Below are positions 9,540 to 22,309 of a DNA stretch of 64,000 nt, one piece after another. Source of the DNA: Candidatus Omnitrophota bacterium (GTDB lineage: Bacteria > Omnitrophota > Gorgyraeia > 2-01-FULL-45-10). The stretch's first letter is position 1; the number at the start of each line of letters is the position of its first letter. The stretch spans positions 44,078-108,077 of the forward strand of contig JAPLME010000006.1 in NCBI GenBank assembly GCA_026387175.1. Direction: 5' to 3'. The notes below the pieces were generated by a model. That model saw nothing but the letters and a program-made list of their open reading frames with translations, searched no databases and was not told the DNA's origin. The translations under genes and the position numbers were made by a program.

Positions 9540-10675
9540 AATCTTCCGGTCTCCTCTCTCGCCCACGAGTCAGCATCCAAAACGTCTTTTACTGAAATGA
9601 CGTTTCTGACATTTCTATGCCTCGCCAGGACCTTTTCAATTATTTTTGGAATATCCGAGAATCCTATCTTTCCCTCTAAGTAATTCTTCACGGCTTCCTC
9701 GTCTGATGCGCACAGCACGGCCGGAGCCAGCGCGCCTGAGGCGGCAGAAGCCCTCGCAAGCGCCAGACAGGGAAACTTCTTTATATCGGGCCTGCGGAAT
9801 GTGAGCGCGCGGCATTTGAAAAAATCTATCCTATCCACTATCGCCTTCGAACGTTCAGGGAAAGTGAGGGCGTATTCTATCGGAAGCCTCATATCCGGCA
9901 CCCCGAGTTGCGCTATCACAGCCGCATCGGTGAACTCCACCATAGAATGCACTATCGCCTCAGGATGTATAAGCACCTCAATCAATTTTTCGCTTATATT
10001 GAACAAGTGCTTGGCCTCGATTATCTCGAGCCCTTTGTTCATCATCGTAGCGGAGTCCACTGTTATCTTCTTCCCCATCCTCCACCTGGGGTGCTTCAGA
10101 ATGTAATTAAGAGGAAGAGAATCGAACTTATCCCTTTTGACGTCCAGCAATGGCCCGCCTGAACCTGTAAGGTATATCCTGGAAACGTAATCGCTCTTGC
10201 CGTCGATGCATTGGAATATCGCGCTATGCTCGCTATCGATCGGTATTATTCTTACGCCCTTCTTCGCGGCCAGGGACATAACAAGCCCCCCGGCGCTAAC
10301 CAGAGCTTCTTTATTGGCGAGAGCGATCTCTTTTTGATTCTCTATCGCGTCGAGGAGCGGGACGAGGCATGCCGTGCCGCTTATGGCAAAGACGATAATA
10401 TCGACATCGCGCCTCGCAGCTATTTCCCGTAAACCCGGGAGCCCATAGACAATAGCGGTGGACGGAGGTAAAAGCCTATTTGCTTTGCGCGCCAGCGCCT
10501 CGCTTCCCACGGAAACTATTTTCGGCCGGAATACACGCGCCTGTTTGGCCAGGAGCTCTATGCTGGAATCTGCGCTAAGCGCCGTTACCTTAAACCTGCC
10601 GTTAAGGCGGGATATAACATCTAATGTATTAACACCGATGGAACCCGTGGAGCCTAATATCGCTATCTTCTTCAT
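9527..10675 (-). CDS. dxr: 1-deoxy-D-xylulose 5-phosphate reductoisomerase
   Basis: 382 aa; N-terminal ILGSTGSIG NADPH motif and conserved Dxr core. Sits in the dxr-cdsA-uppS cluster. Confidence 0.85.
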   Translation of the reverse strand: MKKIAILGSTGSIGVNTLDVISRLNGRFKVTALSADSSIELLAKQARVFRPKIVSVGSEALARKANRLLPPSTAIVYGLPGLREIAARRDVDIIVFAISGTACLVPLLDAIENQKEIALANKEALVSAGGLVMSLAAKKGVRIIPIDSEHSAIFQCIDGKSDYVSRIYLTGSGGPLLDVKRDKFDSLPLNYILKHPRWRMGKKITVDSATMMNKGLEIIEAKHLFNISEKLIEVLIHPEAIVHSMVEFTDAAVIAQLGVPDMRLPIEYALTFPERSKAIVDRIDFFKCRALTFRRPDIKKFPCLALARASAASGALAPAVLCASDEEAVKNYLEGKIGFSDIPKIIEKVLARHRNVRNVISVKDVLDADSWAREETGRLCYR

Positions 10676-11526
10676 CGTTTCATCATTACTTCCACATAGA
10701 AATAGAATATCGGCGCGGTGAAGAGAAGGCTATCGATAAGATCGAGTATGCCGCCGAACCCCGATAGGATCGCGCCGGAATCCTTAACACCGCAATCTCT
10801 CTTCAGAAGCGATTCAGCGAGATCCCCGACCTGCGCCAGTATACCTAAAAGCAATCCGAGAACCACGAGATGTCCCATAGGAAAACTCGGCAGATAGAGT
10901 TTACCGAAAACCGCGGTCAAGACGCTGAATAGAAGGCCGCCCATAGTGCCCTCCACCGTCTTATGCGGGCTTATCCTGGGTATCAGGTTATGTTTACCTG
11001 CGAAGTTTCCGACAAGATACGCTCCGACATCCCCCATCTTGGTCACAAGCACCACGAAAGATACCAGGAGTGCGCCCTGGGGCATGAATTTCAGTTTTAC
11101 GAAGAAAGAGAAGAACCACGCTATGTATAACAGGCCGAATAGTGTGACGGCTATACTGGCAAGCGACTGAGAGCTGTCGCGTCTTATGAATTGCAGGACA
11201 AAGATGAAGAGGCACGCTATGACTATAAAGAACGGCTCAAGCGTAAAGTACCCTTCATATCCTTTCTGAAAATATATTATGATCGGGATAAGCATTCCTA
11301 TGCTTATCCCGAAATATTTGTAAACTATTATATTCTTTTTTTCGGCAAGAACGAAGAACTCCTTTAAGCTCACACCTATCATCGCCGACGCCAGAAGCGT
11401 GAATATCCAGTTCGGAGAGAAGAATACCACCAAGACGACAGGAGTGGTCACAAGGATGCTGGTGATGATTCTTTTTGTAAGCGAACGATTATCCACCAAA
11501 CCTCCTCTCTCTCGCCTGATAGTCAT
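10672..11526 (-). CDS. cdsA: Phosphatidate cytidylyltransferase
   Basis: Polytopic membrane protein with the C-terminal CdsA signature GFGGILDLIDSLLF. The start is uncertain: the ORF opens at 11577, the Met at 11526 was chosen, and it overlaps the uppS 3' end. Confidence 0.75.
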   Translation of the reverse strand: MTIRRERGGLVDNRSLTKRIITSILVTTPVVLVVFFSPNWIFTLLASAMIGVSLKEFFVLAEKKNIIVYKYFGISIGMLIPIIIYFQKGYEGYFTLEPFFIVIACLFIFVLQFIRRDSSQSLASIAVTLFGLLYIAWFFSFFVKLKFMPQGALLVSFVVLVTKMGDVGAYLVGNFAGKHNLIPRISPHKTVEGTMGGLLFSVLTAVFGKLYLPSFPMGHLVVLGLLLGILAQVGDLAESLLKRDCGVKDSGAILSGFGGILDLIDSLLFTAPIFYFYVEVMMKR

Positions 11527-12196
11527 GCACGCACTTTTCAAAATCTTCTTTTTTAAAATCCGGCCACAATTTTTCAACCACGCAGATCTCCGAGTAGGCT
11601 ATCTGCCATAAAAGAAAATTCGACACCCTGAACTCTCCCGAGGTCCTTATCAACAGATCCGGATCCGGCAGTCTCCTCGTATAAAGATAATCCGCGAAGA
11701 GCTTCTCATCTAGACCCCCGGGGTCTATCTTCCCTTCGCGAACGTCTTTCACAATATCGCGGACAGCGTCTATTATCTCCGGCCTTCCGCCGTAATTAAG
11801 CGCGAGATTGAGGATAAGGCCGGTATTATTTTTAGTCTTCTCTATCTCGGCTTCTAATTTAATTCTCAAAGAATCCGGAAGCTCGCGCAGCCTGCCTATG
11901 ACCTGGAATCTGATATTATTCTTAAGTAATTTATCGCCTTCGCTCGCCAGGTAATGTTCCAGGAGCTTAAAGAGCGCGGAGACCTCTGTCTTCGGCCTCT
12001 TCCAGTTTTCGGTGGAAAAAGTGTAAAGGGTCAGTACTTTCACGCCGAGATCGCTGGCGGCCTGCATAGTCTCCCTGGCCGCTTTGATGCCCGCGCGGTG
12101 CCCCTCTATCCTGGAGAGTCCTCTACGAGCCGCCCACCGGCCGTTGCCGTCCATTATTACCGCAATGTGCTGAGGTATATTCTTTGAGGTGTTCAT
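11489..12196 (-). CDS. uppS: Undecaprenyl diphosphate synthase (cis-prenyltransferase)
   Basis: 235 aa; HIAVIMDGNGRWA ... conserved cis-IPPS motifs. Confidence 0.85.
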   Translation of the reverse strand: MNTSKNIPQHIAVIMDGNGRWAARRGLSRIEGHRAGIKAARETMQAASDLGVKVLTLYTFSTENWKRPKTEVSALFKLLEHYLASEGDKLLKNNIRFQVIGRLRELPDSLRIKLEAEIEKTKNNTGLILNLALNYGGRPEIIDAVRDIVKDVREGKIDPGGLDEKLFADYLYTRRLPDPDLLIRTSGEFRVSNFLLWQIAYSEICVVEKLWPDFKKEDFEKCVHDYQARERRFGG

Positions 12197-14308
12197 CTAT
12201 TTGATGAGGGTGAAGCTCATGATAAACGAAGCAAATACGATGGAGACCATCGACATGAGTTTTATCAATATATTGAGACTGGGGCCTGACGTATCCTTGA
12301 ATGGGTCCCCGACCGTATCGCCGACAACTCCCGCTTTATGCGCCGCCGAGCCCTTACCGCCAAAATTACCCTCTTCTATGTATTTCTTCGCGTTATCCCA
12401 CGATCCGCCTGAGTTCGCCATCATTATGGCAAGAACGAAACCCGAGACTGTAGCGCCGACCAGCATTCCGGTGACGCTGTCAACGCCTGCAAGGATTCCA
12501 ACCGCTATGGGCGAGGCTATTGCCAACATGGACGGCAGGATCATCTCCTTTTGCGCGGCCGCGGTAACGATATTAACGCATCTCGCGTAATCGGGCTTTG
12601 CCTTGCCTTCCATAATACCCACAATCTCTTTAAACTGTCTCCTCACCTCGACCACGATGGCGCCTGCCGCCCTTCCGACCGCGCTCATCGTAAGAGAGCA
12701 GAATACAAACGGAAGCATGCCGCCTACTAATAGGCCCACCAGCGTCTTAGGATTCATCATCGAGAGGTCGATCTTCCCGCCCATTATCTCTATCTGATCG
12801 CGATATGCCGCGATAAGCGCCAGGGCCGTGAGCGCCGCCGAGCCTATCGCAAAGCCTTTACCGGTGGCAGCCGTCGTATTGCCGAGAGAGTCGAGGGCGT
12901 CCGTCCTCTGCCTTATCTCTTTCGGCTGATGCGTCATCTCCGCGTTTCCGCCCGCGTTATCGGCCACCGGTCCATAAGCATCTGTAGCAAGAGTGATGCC
13001 AAGGGTCGATAACATTCCTACCGCCGAGATGGCGACGCCGTATAGGCCTAAATTCGCGTTAGCTGCTCCGCCCGACATGTAGTAACTCGCCATGATCGCG
13101 ATCGCTACCACTATCACAGGCACTACGGTAGACAGCATCCCTACCGACATTCCGCTTATTATGACCGTCGCCGGGCCTGTAACAGATGAAGCGGCCACCG
13201 CCCGCGTGGGTTTGTACTTACTGGACGTAAAATATTCCGTTGAAAGGCCTATCAGGACTCCTGCCACAAGGCCCGACAGGACCGCCCAATAGACGCCTAT
13301 ATACTGCATTCCGAGATTATATTTAACTACAAAAAATGAAATGATCGCTACTATGATGGAACTGGAGAATACGCCGCGCCTCAGCGCCGTCAACAAAGCT
13401 CCCTGATCGGCCTTCTCCTCTGTCTTCACAAAGAAAGTCCCGGCGATCGACGCCATCACTCCTACGGCGGCCATCACCATAGGTATGGTTACAGACTGCA
13501 GACTTAAGCCCAATCTTCCGAACGCCGCAACGCCTAATGCAGAGGTAGCGACTATCGACCCGACGTATGACTCGTAGAGGTCCGCACCCATTCCGGCAAC
13601 ATCACCGACGTTATCGCCGACGTTATCGGCTATAACCGCGGGATTTCTCGGGTCGTCTTCCGGAATGCCCGCTTCCACTTTTCCTACCAGGTCCGCGCCT
13701 ACGTCGGCGGCTTTGGTGAATATTCCTCCGCCCACCCTGGCGAATAAAGCCTGGGAGCTGGCGCCCATTCCGAAACAGAGCATAGTCGACGTTATCGCGC
13801 CAAGTTTATCCATACCATGCGGTGTCACATGGGACGAATACCACCAGTCCAGGAGATAATACCATATAGACAGGTCCAGAAGCCCCAGGCCGACCACGAC
13901 CAGTCCCATGACCGCGCCCGATGAGAAAGCGATGCCAAGCGCGGTATTCAGGCTCGTTTTTGCGGCATTGGCGGTCCTGGCGCTCGACCTGGTCGAGATA
14001 GACATTCCGATAAAACCCGACAGGCCCGAGAAGAATCCGCCGGTTAAAAACGCGAACGGGACGAATATAGGAAGCTTGCCGCTTAACGCAAGCGCAATAA
14101 GCACGAGGAACATGACGCCGAAGAATATCGCGACTCCTGAATATTGCCTTTTTAAGTATGCGTAGGCTCCTTCCCTGACAGCATCCGCTATAGCTATCAT
14201 ATCGCCGGTCCCCTCGCTCGTCTTCAATATCTTCATCGCGAGATACCCCGCAAAGGCAAGGGCCAGGATAGATCCGATAGGGGCAAGAACTAAAAGATCT
14301 AAATGCAC
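12197..14308 (-). CDS. hppA: Membrane-integral ion-translocating pyrophosphatase (V-type PPase)
   Basis: 703 aa polytopic protein; GNTTAATGKGFAIGSAAL and GDTVGDPFKDTSGPSLN signatures of H+/Na+-PPases. Confidence 0.85.
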   Translation of the reverse strand: MHLDLLVLAPIGSILALAFAGYLAMKILKTSEGTGDMIAIADAVREGAYAYLKRQYSGVAIFFGVMFLVLIALALSGKLPIFVPFAFLTGGFFSGLSGFIGMSISTRSSARTANAAKTSLNTALGIAFSSGAVMGLVVVGLGLLDLSIWYYLLDWWYSSHVTPHGMDKLGAITSTMLCFGMGASSQALFARVGGGIFTKAADVGADLVGKVEAGIPEDDPRNPAVIADNVGDNVGDVAGMGADLYESYVGSIVATSALGVAAFGRLGLSLQSVTIPMVMAAVGVMASIAGTFFVKTEEKADQGALLTALRRGVFSSSIIVAIISFFVVKYNLGMQYIGVYWAVLSGLVAGVLIGLSTEYFTSSKYKPTRAVAASSVTGPATVIISGMSVGMLSTVVPVIVVAIAIMASYYMSGGAANANLGLYGVAISAVGMLSTLGITLATDAYGPVADNAGGNAEMTHQPKEIRQRTDALDSLGNTTAATGKGFAIGSAALTALALIAAYRDQIEIMGGKIDLSMMNPKTLVGLLVGGMLPFVFCSLTMSAVGRAAGAIVVEVRRQFKEIVGIMEGKAKPDYARCVNIVTAAAQKEMILPSMLAIASPIAVGILAGVDSVTGMLVGATVSGFVLAIMMANSGGSWDNAKKYIEEGNFGGKGSAAHKAGVVGDTVGDPFKDTSGPSLNILIKLMSMVSIVFASFIMSFTLIK

Positions 14309-14309
14309 C

Positions 14310-16833
<2,524 letters not shown>

Positions 16834-16854
16834 AATTCGCTCTCTTTCGGTTCG

Positions 16855-18444
16855 CTATACTTTGATCAATTTTACGCCATAGATGTTCGGCGCGCTTCTT
16901 ATCTCATCCAGAACACTCTTCGGCACATCACTATCGATATTCAGAATGCTGACGGCCTTACCGCCCTTCGCCTCACGGCCGAACGACATTCCGGCAATAT
17001 TAACACCATTCTTGCCGAGTATCGAACCTATCTGCCCTATAATGCCCGGGACGTCTTTATTGCTTGTCACAAGCATATATCCTTCCGGGACTGCGTCGAC
17101 ATACGATTCGTCGATCTTGACTATGCGCGGATGAACCTTGGTAAAGAGCGTGCCGATAATAGAGCTCTTCATCTTATCGGTTTCAACCTCGATTATAATG
17201 AGGCTGGCAAAGTCCTGCACTTCCGCGGCCCTGGTCTCCACAATATTTATACCGCGCTCTTTGGCTATAACCATCGAGTTTACGAAGTTAACCGTCTCCT
17301 GAAGTATCGGCGTAAGCATTCCCTTCATGATCGACAACGTAAATGGCGAAAGATCATACTTCAGGATATCCCCGACGTACTTTATCTTGACTTTCTTCAT
17401 GTGCCCATCGACGAGCTGGGCCTGCATAGCGCCCATCTTCTCGGCCAATTTAAGATAAGGATCTATGACCTTACACATCTCCGGTTCTACGCATGGTACA
17501 TTGACCGCATTACGGATACAGCCGCTCATAAGATAGTCGCGAACCGTATTGGCCACCTCTATAGCGACGTTGGTCTGCGCCTCTTCCGTAGATGCTCCGA
17601 GATGCGGCGTCAATACGACCTGAGGGAGTTTCAAAAGTTTATTATCCTTCTGCGGAGGCTCATTTTCATACACATCGAGCGCGGCCCCGGCGACTTTACC
17701 GGCCTCTATCGCCTTGACAAGCGCGGCTTCATCTATAATACCGCCTCTGGCGCAATTTATAACGCGCACGCCCTTCTTCATAAGCTCAAACTGCTTATCC
17801 GATATAAGATGATTAGTCTGATCCGTAAGCGGTGTATGCACGGTGATATAATCGGAATTTTTGAATAGGGCATCAAGGTCCGCCGGCTCTATGCCCAGCA
17901 CCTTGGCTCGTTCCATCGAGAGATACGGATCATATGCGAGGACCTTCATGCCGAAACTTAAGGCGCGTTTAGCCACCTCGGTGCCTATGCGGCCCAACCC
18001 CACTATGCCGAGGGTCTTGCCATAAACCTCATGGCCCGTGAATTTTTTGCGTTCCCATTCGCCGTTCTTCATCGAAAGATCGGCCTGCGGAATGTTCCTC
18101 GATAACGCGAGCATCATAGTGAACGCGTGCTCGGCCGTAGATATCGTATTCCCCGCGGGAGTATTCACCACTATGATGCCCTTCTTTGACGCGGCTTCGA
18201 CATCGACATTGTCCAGCCCCACGCCAGCCCTTCCTATTATCTTCAGCTTATCAGCGGCCTCTATGATCTCCTTCGTAACTTTTGTGCCGCTGCGCACCGC
18301 CAGCGCATCATAATTCTTTATGATATCTTTAAGCTGAGCGGGCGTAAGCTTCGTATTGACATCGACCGTCAACTCCTTCTCCTTCTGAAGGATCTCTACG
18401 GCCTCCTTCGAGAGCGAATCGCTTATCAGGACTTTGTATGGCAT
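16855..18444 (-). CDS. serA: D-3-phosphoglycerate dehydrogenase (with a C-terminal ACT domain)
   Basis: 529 aa; GxGxIG NAD motif (GLGRIG) in a D-isomer 2-hydroxyacid dehydrogenase fold, plus a ~130 aa C-terminal ACT-like region. Confidence 0.85.
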   Translation of the reverse strand: MPYKVLISDSLSKEAVEILQKEKELTVDVNTKLTPAQLKDIIKNYDALAVRSGTKVTKEIIEAADKLKIIGRAGVGLDNVDVEAASKKGIIVVNTPAGNTISTAEHAFTMMLALSRNIPQADLSMKNGEWERKKFTGHEVYGKTLGIVGLGRIGTEVAKRALSFGMKVLAYDPYLSMERAKVLGIEPADLDALFKNSDYITVHTPLTDQTNHLISDKQFELMKKGVRVINCARGGIIDEAALVKAIEAGKVAGAALDVYENEPPQKDNKLLKLPQVVLTPHLGASTEEAQTNVAIEVANTVRDYLMSGCIRNAVNVPCVEPEMCKVIDPYLKLAEKMGAMQAQLVDGHMKKVKIKYVGDILKYDLSPFTLSIMKGMLTPILQETVNFVNSMVIAKERGINIVETRAAEVQDFASLIIIEVETDKMKSSIIGTLFTKVHPRIVKIDESYVDAVPEGYMLVTSNKDVPGIIGQIGSILGKNGVNIAGMSFGREAKGGKAVSILNIDSDVPKSVLDEIRSAPNIYGVKLIKV

Positions 18445-18462
18445 CTTTGGTCTCCCGTATCT

Positions 18463-19596
18463 CTATTTCCCCAGTATTCCGGCGGCCGCTTCAATACCGC
18501 TGCCGGCCTTAAAATTATAGCCCATCTTGTGAAGAGCCGATTCAAGAGCCTTTATCGACTCTATAGTATGCTCCTTATCTATGCCTCCCATATGCGCGAC
18601 CCTGAATAATTTGCCTTTAAGCTGTTCCTGGCCGCCAGCAAATGTCACGCCGTATTCCGTCTTAAGAAGTTTTATAAGCTCATCCGCATTCATGCCGGCG
18701 GGAGTATTCACCGCCGTAACTGCGTTAGACGGAGATTTCGAGAATAAGCTAAGGCCCATCGCCTTCGCAGCGTCCCTGAACGCGTTGGCCTGGGCGGTAT
18801 GCTCGGCTATCACATTATCGACGCCTTTACTATTAATAATCTCGAGCGCCTTACGCAAACCTATAACCAGAGTTATCGCGGAAGTGAACGGCGTGTCGGT
18901 ATCCGCCATCGCTTTCTTGTACTTTTTGAAACTGAAATAGAACTTCGGCAGCTTGGAGCTTTCCACGGCCTTCAATGCCTTCTGGCTCACCGAGCAGAAC
19001 GCGAGTCCCGGGGGTATCATCAGCCCCTTCTGGGAACCGCAGACAGCGATATCCACTCCCCAGGCGTCATTCTCGAATTTGTCAGCCCCGAGGCCGCTTA
19101 TCACATCGACCACATATAAAGCATCTGTCTTTTTTACGATCTCGCCTATGGCTTTAATATCAAAAACGGTCGCGGTCGACGTCTCGCAGAGAGTGGTGTA
19201 AACGCCTTTCACGCCGGGGTTGGCGCTGAGAAGGTCTTTAATGTCCTCCGGACGGGGGCCGGTACCCCACGGCACATCCAACGGAATGACCTCAACGCCG
19301 CACGCCTTAGCGATATCTCCGAAGCGCTCTCCGAATTTACCGCCGCGAACCACTATGATCTTATCGCCGGGAGACAGGACGTTCACTATGGACGCTTCCA
19401 TCGCGCCTGTGCCGCTCGAGGTAAAAGTATATATATCGTTGGACGTCTTGAATATCTTCTTCAGCCCGTCCGTAGCATCCTTAAATATCGCCTGATATTC
19501 TTTAGTTCTATGATGAATGATGGGTTTCGCCATCTCGTTTCTTATCTCTTCGGGAACCGGCGTCGGGCCGGGCGTCATTAAATATTTTTTAGCCAT
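18463..19596 (-). CDS. Class V PLP aminotransferase (AGXT/SerC-like); probably phosphoserine aminotransferase, given its position next to serA
   Basis: 377 aa; LMTPGPTPVP N-terminus and a class-V fold. Lies immediately downstream of serA. Confidence 0.65.
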   Translation of the reverse strand: MAKKYLMTPGPTPVPEEIRNEMAKPIIHHRTKEYQAIFKDATDGLKKIFKTSNDIYTFTSSGTGAMEASIVNVLSPGDKIIVVRGGKFGERFGDIAKACGVEVIPLDVPWGTGPRPEDIKDLLSANPGVKGVYTTLCETSTATVFDIKAIGEIVKKTDALYVVDVISGLGADKFENDAWGVDIAVCGSQKGLMIPPGLAFCSVSQKALKAVESSKLPKFYFSFKKYKKAMADTDTPFTSAITLVIGLRKALEIINSKGVDNVIAEHTAQANAFRDAAKAMGLSLFSKSPSNAVTAVNTPAGMNADELIKLLKTEYGVTFAGGQEQLKGKLFRVAHMGGIDKEHTIESIKALESALHKMGYNFKAGSGIEAAAGILGK

Positions 19597-19622
19597 TGCA
19601 TGTCTTCCTTTCCGATGGAATA

Positions 19623-20219
19623 TTATTTGTTCTGAATCACGTTCGTAATAACTTCGTCCACTATGCCGTATGCCTTAGCCTCCTCGGCAGACATGAAGAA
19701 ATCCCTGTCCGTATCCTTCTGTATCTTTTCCAAAGGCTGCTTCGTATGTTTCGCTATTATCTCTTCAAGCTTCGCGCGCAGCTTCAAGATCTCGGTCGCC
19801 TGTATGCTGATATCGGCCGCAACGCCCTGAACTCCGCCCCAAGGCTGATGTATCATTATGCGCGCGTGCGGAAGCGCGTAACGCTTCCCCGGCCTTCCCG
19901 CCGCCAGGAGCACCGCCCCCATACTTGAGGCCTGGCCCACGCAATAGGTGTTGACATCCGATTTCACGAACTGCATTGTGTCATATATCGCAAGGCCGCT
20001 CGTCACTGACCCCCCGGGAGTGTTTATATATACATTGATATCTTTTTCCGGAGATTCCATCTGCAAGAATAATAGCTGCGCTATTATAAGGTTGGCCACC
20101 ATATCATCTATCGGGGTACCTATGAAGATTATCCTGTCCTTTAACAGCCTCGAGTATATATCATACGCCCTCTCGGCTCTGCCGGTAGTCTCTATTACCA
20201 TTGGAACTAGCATACTCAT
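19623..20219 (-). CDS. clpP: ATP-dependent Clp protease proteolytic subunit
   Basis: 198 aa; [20 protein letters not shown] with Ser-His-Asp triad context. Confidence 0.9.
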   Translation of the reverse strand: MSMLVPMVIETTGRAERAYDIYSRLLKDRIIFIGTPIDDMVANLIIAQLLFLQMESPEKDINVYINTPGGSVTSGLAIYDTMQFVKSDVNTYCVGQASSMGAVLLAAGRPGKRYALPHARIMIHQPWGGVQGVAADISIQATEILKLRAKLEEIIAKHTKQPLEKIQKDTDRDFFMSAEEAKAYGIVDEVITNVIQNK

Positions 20220-20246
20220 AATGACCTCCGTGGTTTATCTATACTG

Positions 20247-21527
20247 CTATTTTTCCGTTATATTGGAATTATCCAAAAGGAACTTTACTGTCTTGCCTTC
20301 CCGTATCTTATCCTTCAGATTATCGACCAGGCCTTCTTTTTCGTAATAATCCCTGACGAAGCCTTCGGCCTTGCCGCTCTGGGAGGCTATCGACTTATAG
20401 GCGCCGCTGACATCCTCGTCGGTAACCTCTATCTTCTCTTTACCGGCTATCTCGTCCAGGATGAAGAGCAGCCTTATCTGGCGCTCAGCGTCATCTTTAA
20501 ATTTATCCTTAAATTCCTTGTCCTTCTTACCCAGCTCTTCCTTCCCAAAACCCCTCTCCTGCAGTTTCCTCTTGGCGTCCTCTACCATATGTTCCAGCTG
20601 CCTGGCAACGAAACTCGGCGGAACGCTGAAGACGTTATCATCCACGATCTTACCCAGGAGCTGGTTCTCTACATTTACCTCGGAGGCGGCTTTCGCTCTC
20701 GCCTCAAGTTCCAGCCCGATATCTTTCTTAAGCTCTTCCAGTGAGGCCTTGCCCAGATCTTTCGCGAACTCATCATCGAGATCGGGAAGCTTTCTCTCTT
20801 TTATCTCTTTTGCGAGCACATGATACCTGGCTTCCTTCCCCGCAAGCTTGGCATCCGGATACTTTTCGGGAAGCTTGGCGTCTATATCCGCTTCCTGACC
20901 CTTCTTCAGCCCGACCAGCTTCTCGGAGAGGCCGGGTATATATGAGTCCTTTTCAACGGTCAGCCAGAGATTTTCCCTTTTTTTATGGACAGCCTTTCCG
21001 TCCACAAAACAGTCCAGGTCGCTCACCACGTAATCGCCCATCTGTATGGGCCTATCGTCGGCCGCTATATATTTGGCATTCATCTCCTGAAGGCTCTTCA
21101 ATGTATTATTGATATCCTCTTCGGTGACTGCCGCCTTCTTTCTTTCCAGGTTTAACCCTTTATATGCCTTCAATTTAAACTTCGGCCGCGTCTCGATTCT
21201 CGCCTTGAAAGCGAGCGGCTTGTCTTCCTCGAAAACCAGATCACTGATCTCCGGTGTGCCAATCGGAGTGATACCATGCTCCAGCAGAGCTCTTTTATAT
21301 CCTTCGGGGACCAGGCGTTTCAGCACCTCTTCCTTGGCGGCTTTCGCGTAGCTCAGCTTAACCATGTCCTTCGGAGCCTTGCCTACCCTGAAACCGGGGA
21401 TGTTAGCTACCTTGGTTATCTCGTTATAAACCTCATCGAATGCCTTTTCTATGGTCTCCCTGGAGGCCTCTATCTCAAGCAATGTTAAGCATTCATCGAT
21501 CTGCTTCGCCTTGGATTTCACTCTCAA
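20247..21527 (-). CDS. tig: Trigger factor
   Basis: 426 aa; N-terminal ribosome-binding domain, central FKBP-like region (GFRVGKAP) and a charged C-terminal domain. Upstream of clpP as in many bacteria. Confidence 0.85.
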   Translation of the reverse strand: MRVKSKAKQIDECLTLLEIEASRETIEKAFDEVYNEITKVANIPGFRVGKAPKDMVKLSYAKAAKEEVLKRLVPEGYKRALLEHGITPIGTPEISDLVFEEDKPLAFKARIETRPKFKLKAYKGLNLERKKAAVTEEDINNTLKSLQEMNAKYIAADDRPIQMGDYVVSDLDCFVDGKAVHKKRENLWLTVEKDSYIPGLSEKLVGLKKGQEADIDAKLPEKYPDAKLAGKEARYHVLAKEIKERKLPDLDDEFAKDLGKASLEELKKDIGLELEARAKAASEVNVENQLLGKIVDDNVFSVPPSFVARQLEHMVEDAKRKLQERGFGKEELGKKDKEFKDKFKDDAERQIRLLFILDEIAGKEKIEVTDEDVSGAYKSIASQSGKAEGFVRDYYEKEGLVDNLKDKIREGKTVKFLLDNSNITEK

Positions 21528-21586
21528 TTCCTTTCGCTTACTACAATAACAATGGACAATAAAAAAAAGATTATATCACAAAAGAA

Positions 21587-22309
21587 TCACATTGTAAATT
21601 TTTCGCCGAGATAAATTTCTCTGGCCTTCGGATCCGATATAAGCTCATCCTTCGTGCCCGATATTAAAATATGGCCCTCGGCCATCAGATAGGCGCGATC
21701 GGTTATCGACAGCGTCTCTCTCACATTATGGTCCGTAACGAGTATCCCCAGCCCTTTACTCTTCAACTCCTTAATGATCTCCTGGCACTCCGCCACGGCT
21801 ATAGGGTCTATGCCGCTGAAAGGCTCGTCGAGCAATATGAACATCGGATTGGTGACAAGAGCCCGCGTTATCTCCACCCTGCGCTTCTCTCCGCCCGAAA
21901 GCGTATATGCTTTATGTTTACTGAGATGCGTTATCTTAAGCTCGTTCAATAGTTCATCGGCGCGCCGCTTCCTCTCTCTGGGAGAAAAACCGAGAGTCTC
22001 GAGGATAGCCATGATATTTTCCTGGACGGTCAGTTTTCTGAATATGGACGGCTCCTGGGCGAGATATCCGATGCCCCGGCGGGCGCGATCATGCAATGAC
22101 ATCCTGGTTATGTCCTTATGGTCGAATATTATCTTGCCGCTATCGGGGGGTATTATGCCCGTTATCATGTAGAAGGTAGTCGTCTTGCCCGCGCCATTGG
22201 GGCCCAGAAGGCCCACGATCTCGCCGCGCTTCACGTTGATATCAACGGAATTCACGACGCGCTTGGCGCCGTATTCCTTGACCAGGCCTGTGGCTTCTAA
22301 TAGATGCAT
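21587..22309 (-). CDS. lptB: LPS export ABC transporter ATP-binding protein
   Basis: 240 aa; Walker A GPNGAGKTT, LSGGEKRRVEI signature and Walker B ILLDEP. Start is coupled (TAATG) to the upstream OstA-like gene. Confidence 0.8.
   Translation of the reverse strand: MHLLEATGLVKEYGAKRVVNSVDINVKRGEIVGLLGPNGAGKTTTFYMITGIIPPDSGKIIFDHKDITRMSLHDRARRGIGYLAQEPSIFRKLTVQENIMAILETLGFSPRERKRRADELLNELKITHLSKHKAYTLSGGEKRRVEITRALVTNPMFILLDEPFSGIDPIAVAECQEIIKELKSKGLGILVTDHNVRETLSITDRAYLMAEGHILISGTKDELISDPKAREIYLGEKFTM

Noticed and set aside
12197-14308. Attempt to call H+ versus Na+ and K+-dependence of the membrane pyrophosphatase from the GNTTAA(T)GKG motif
   Set aside because: I cannot reliably recall the residue rules, and the motif here (AA then T) is ambiguous. 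Left as a generic ion-translocating PPase.
17131-17868. 245-aa plus-strand ORF
   Set aside because: Fully embedded antisense within serA. The composition (R/Y/H/L-rich) is typical of reverse-strand artefacts.
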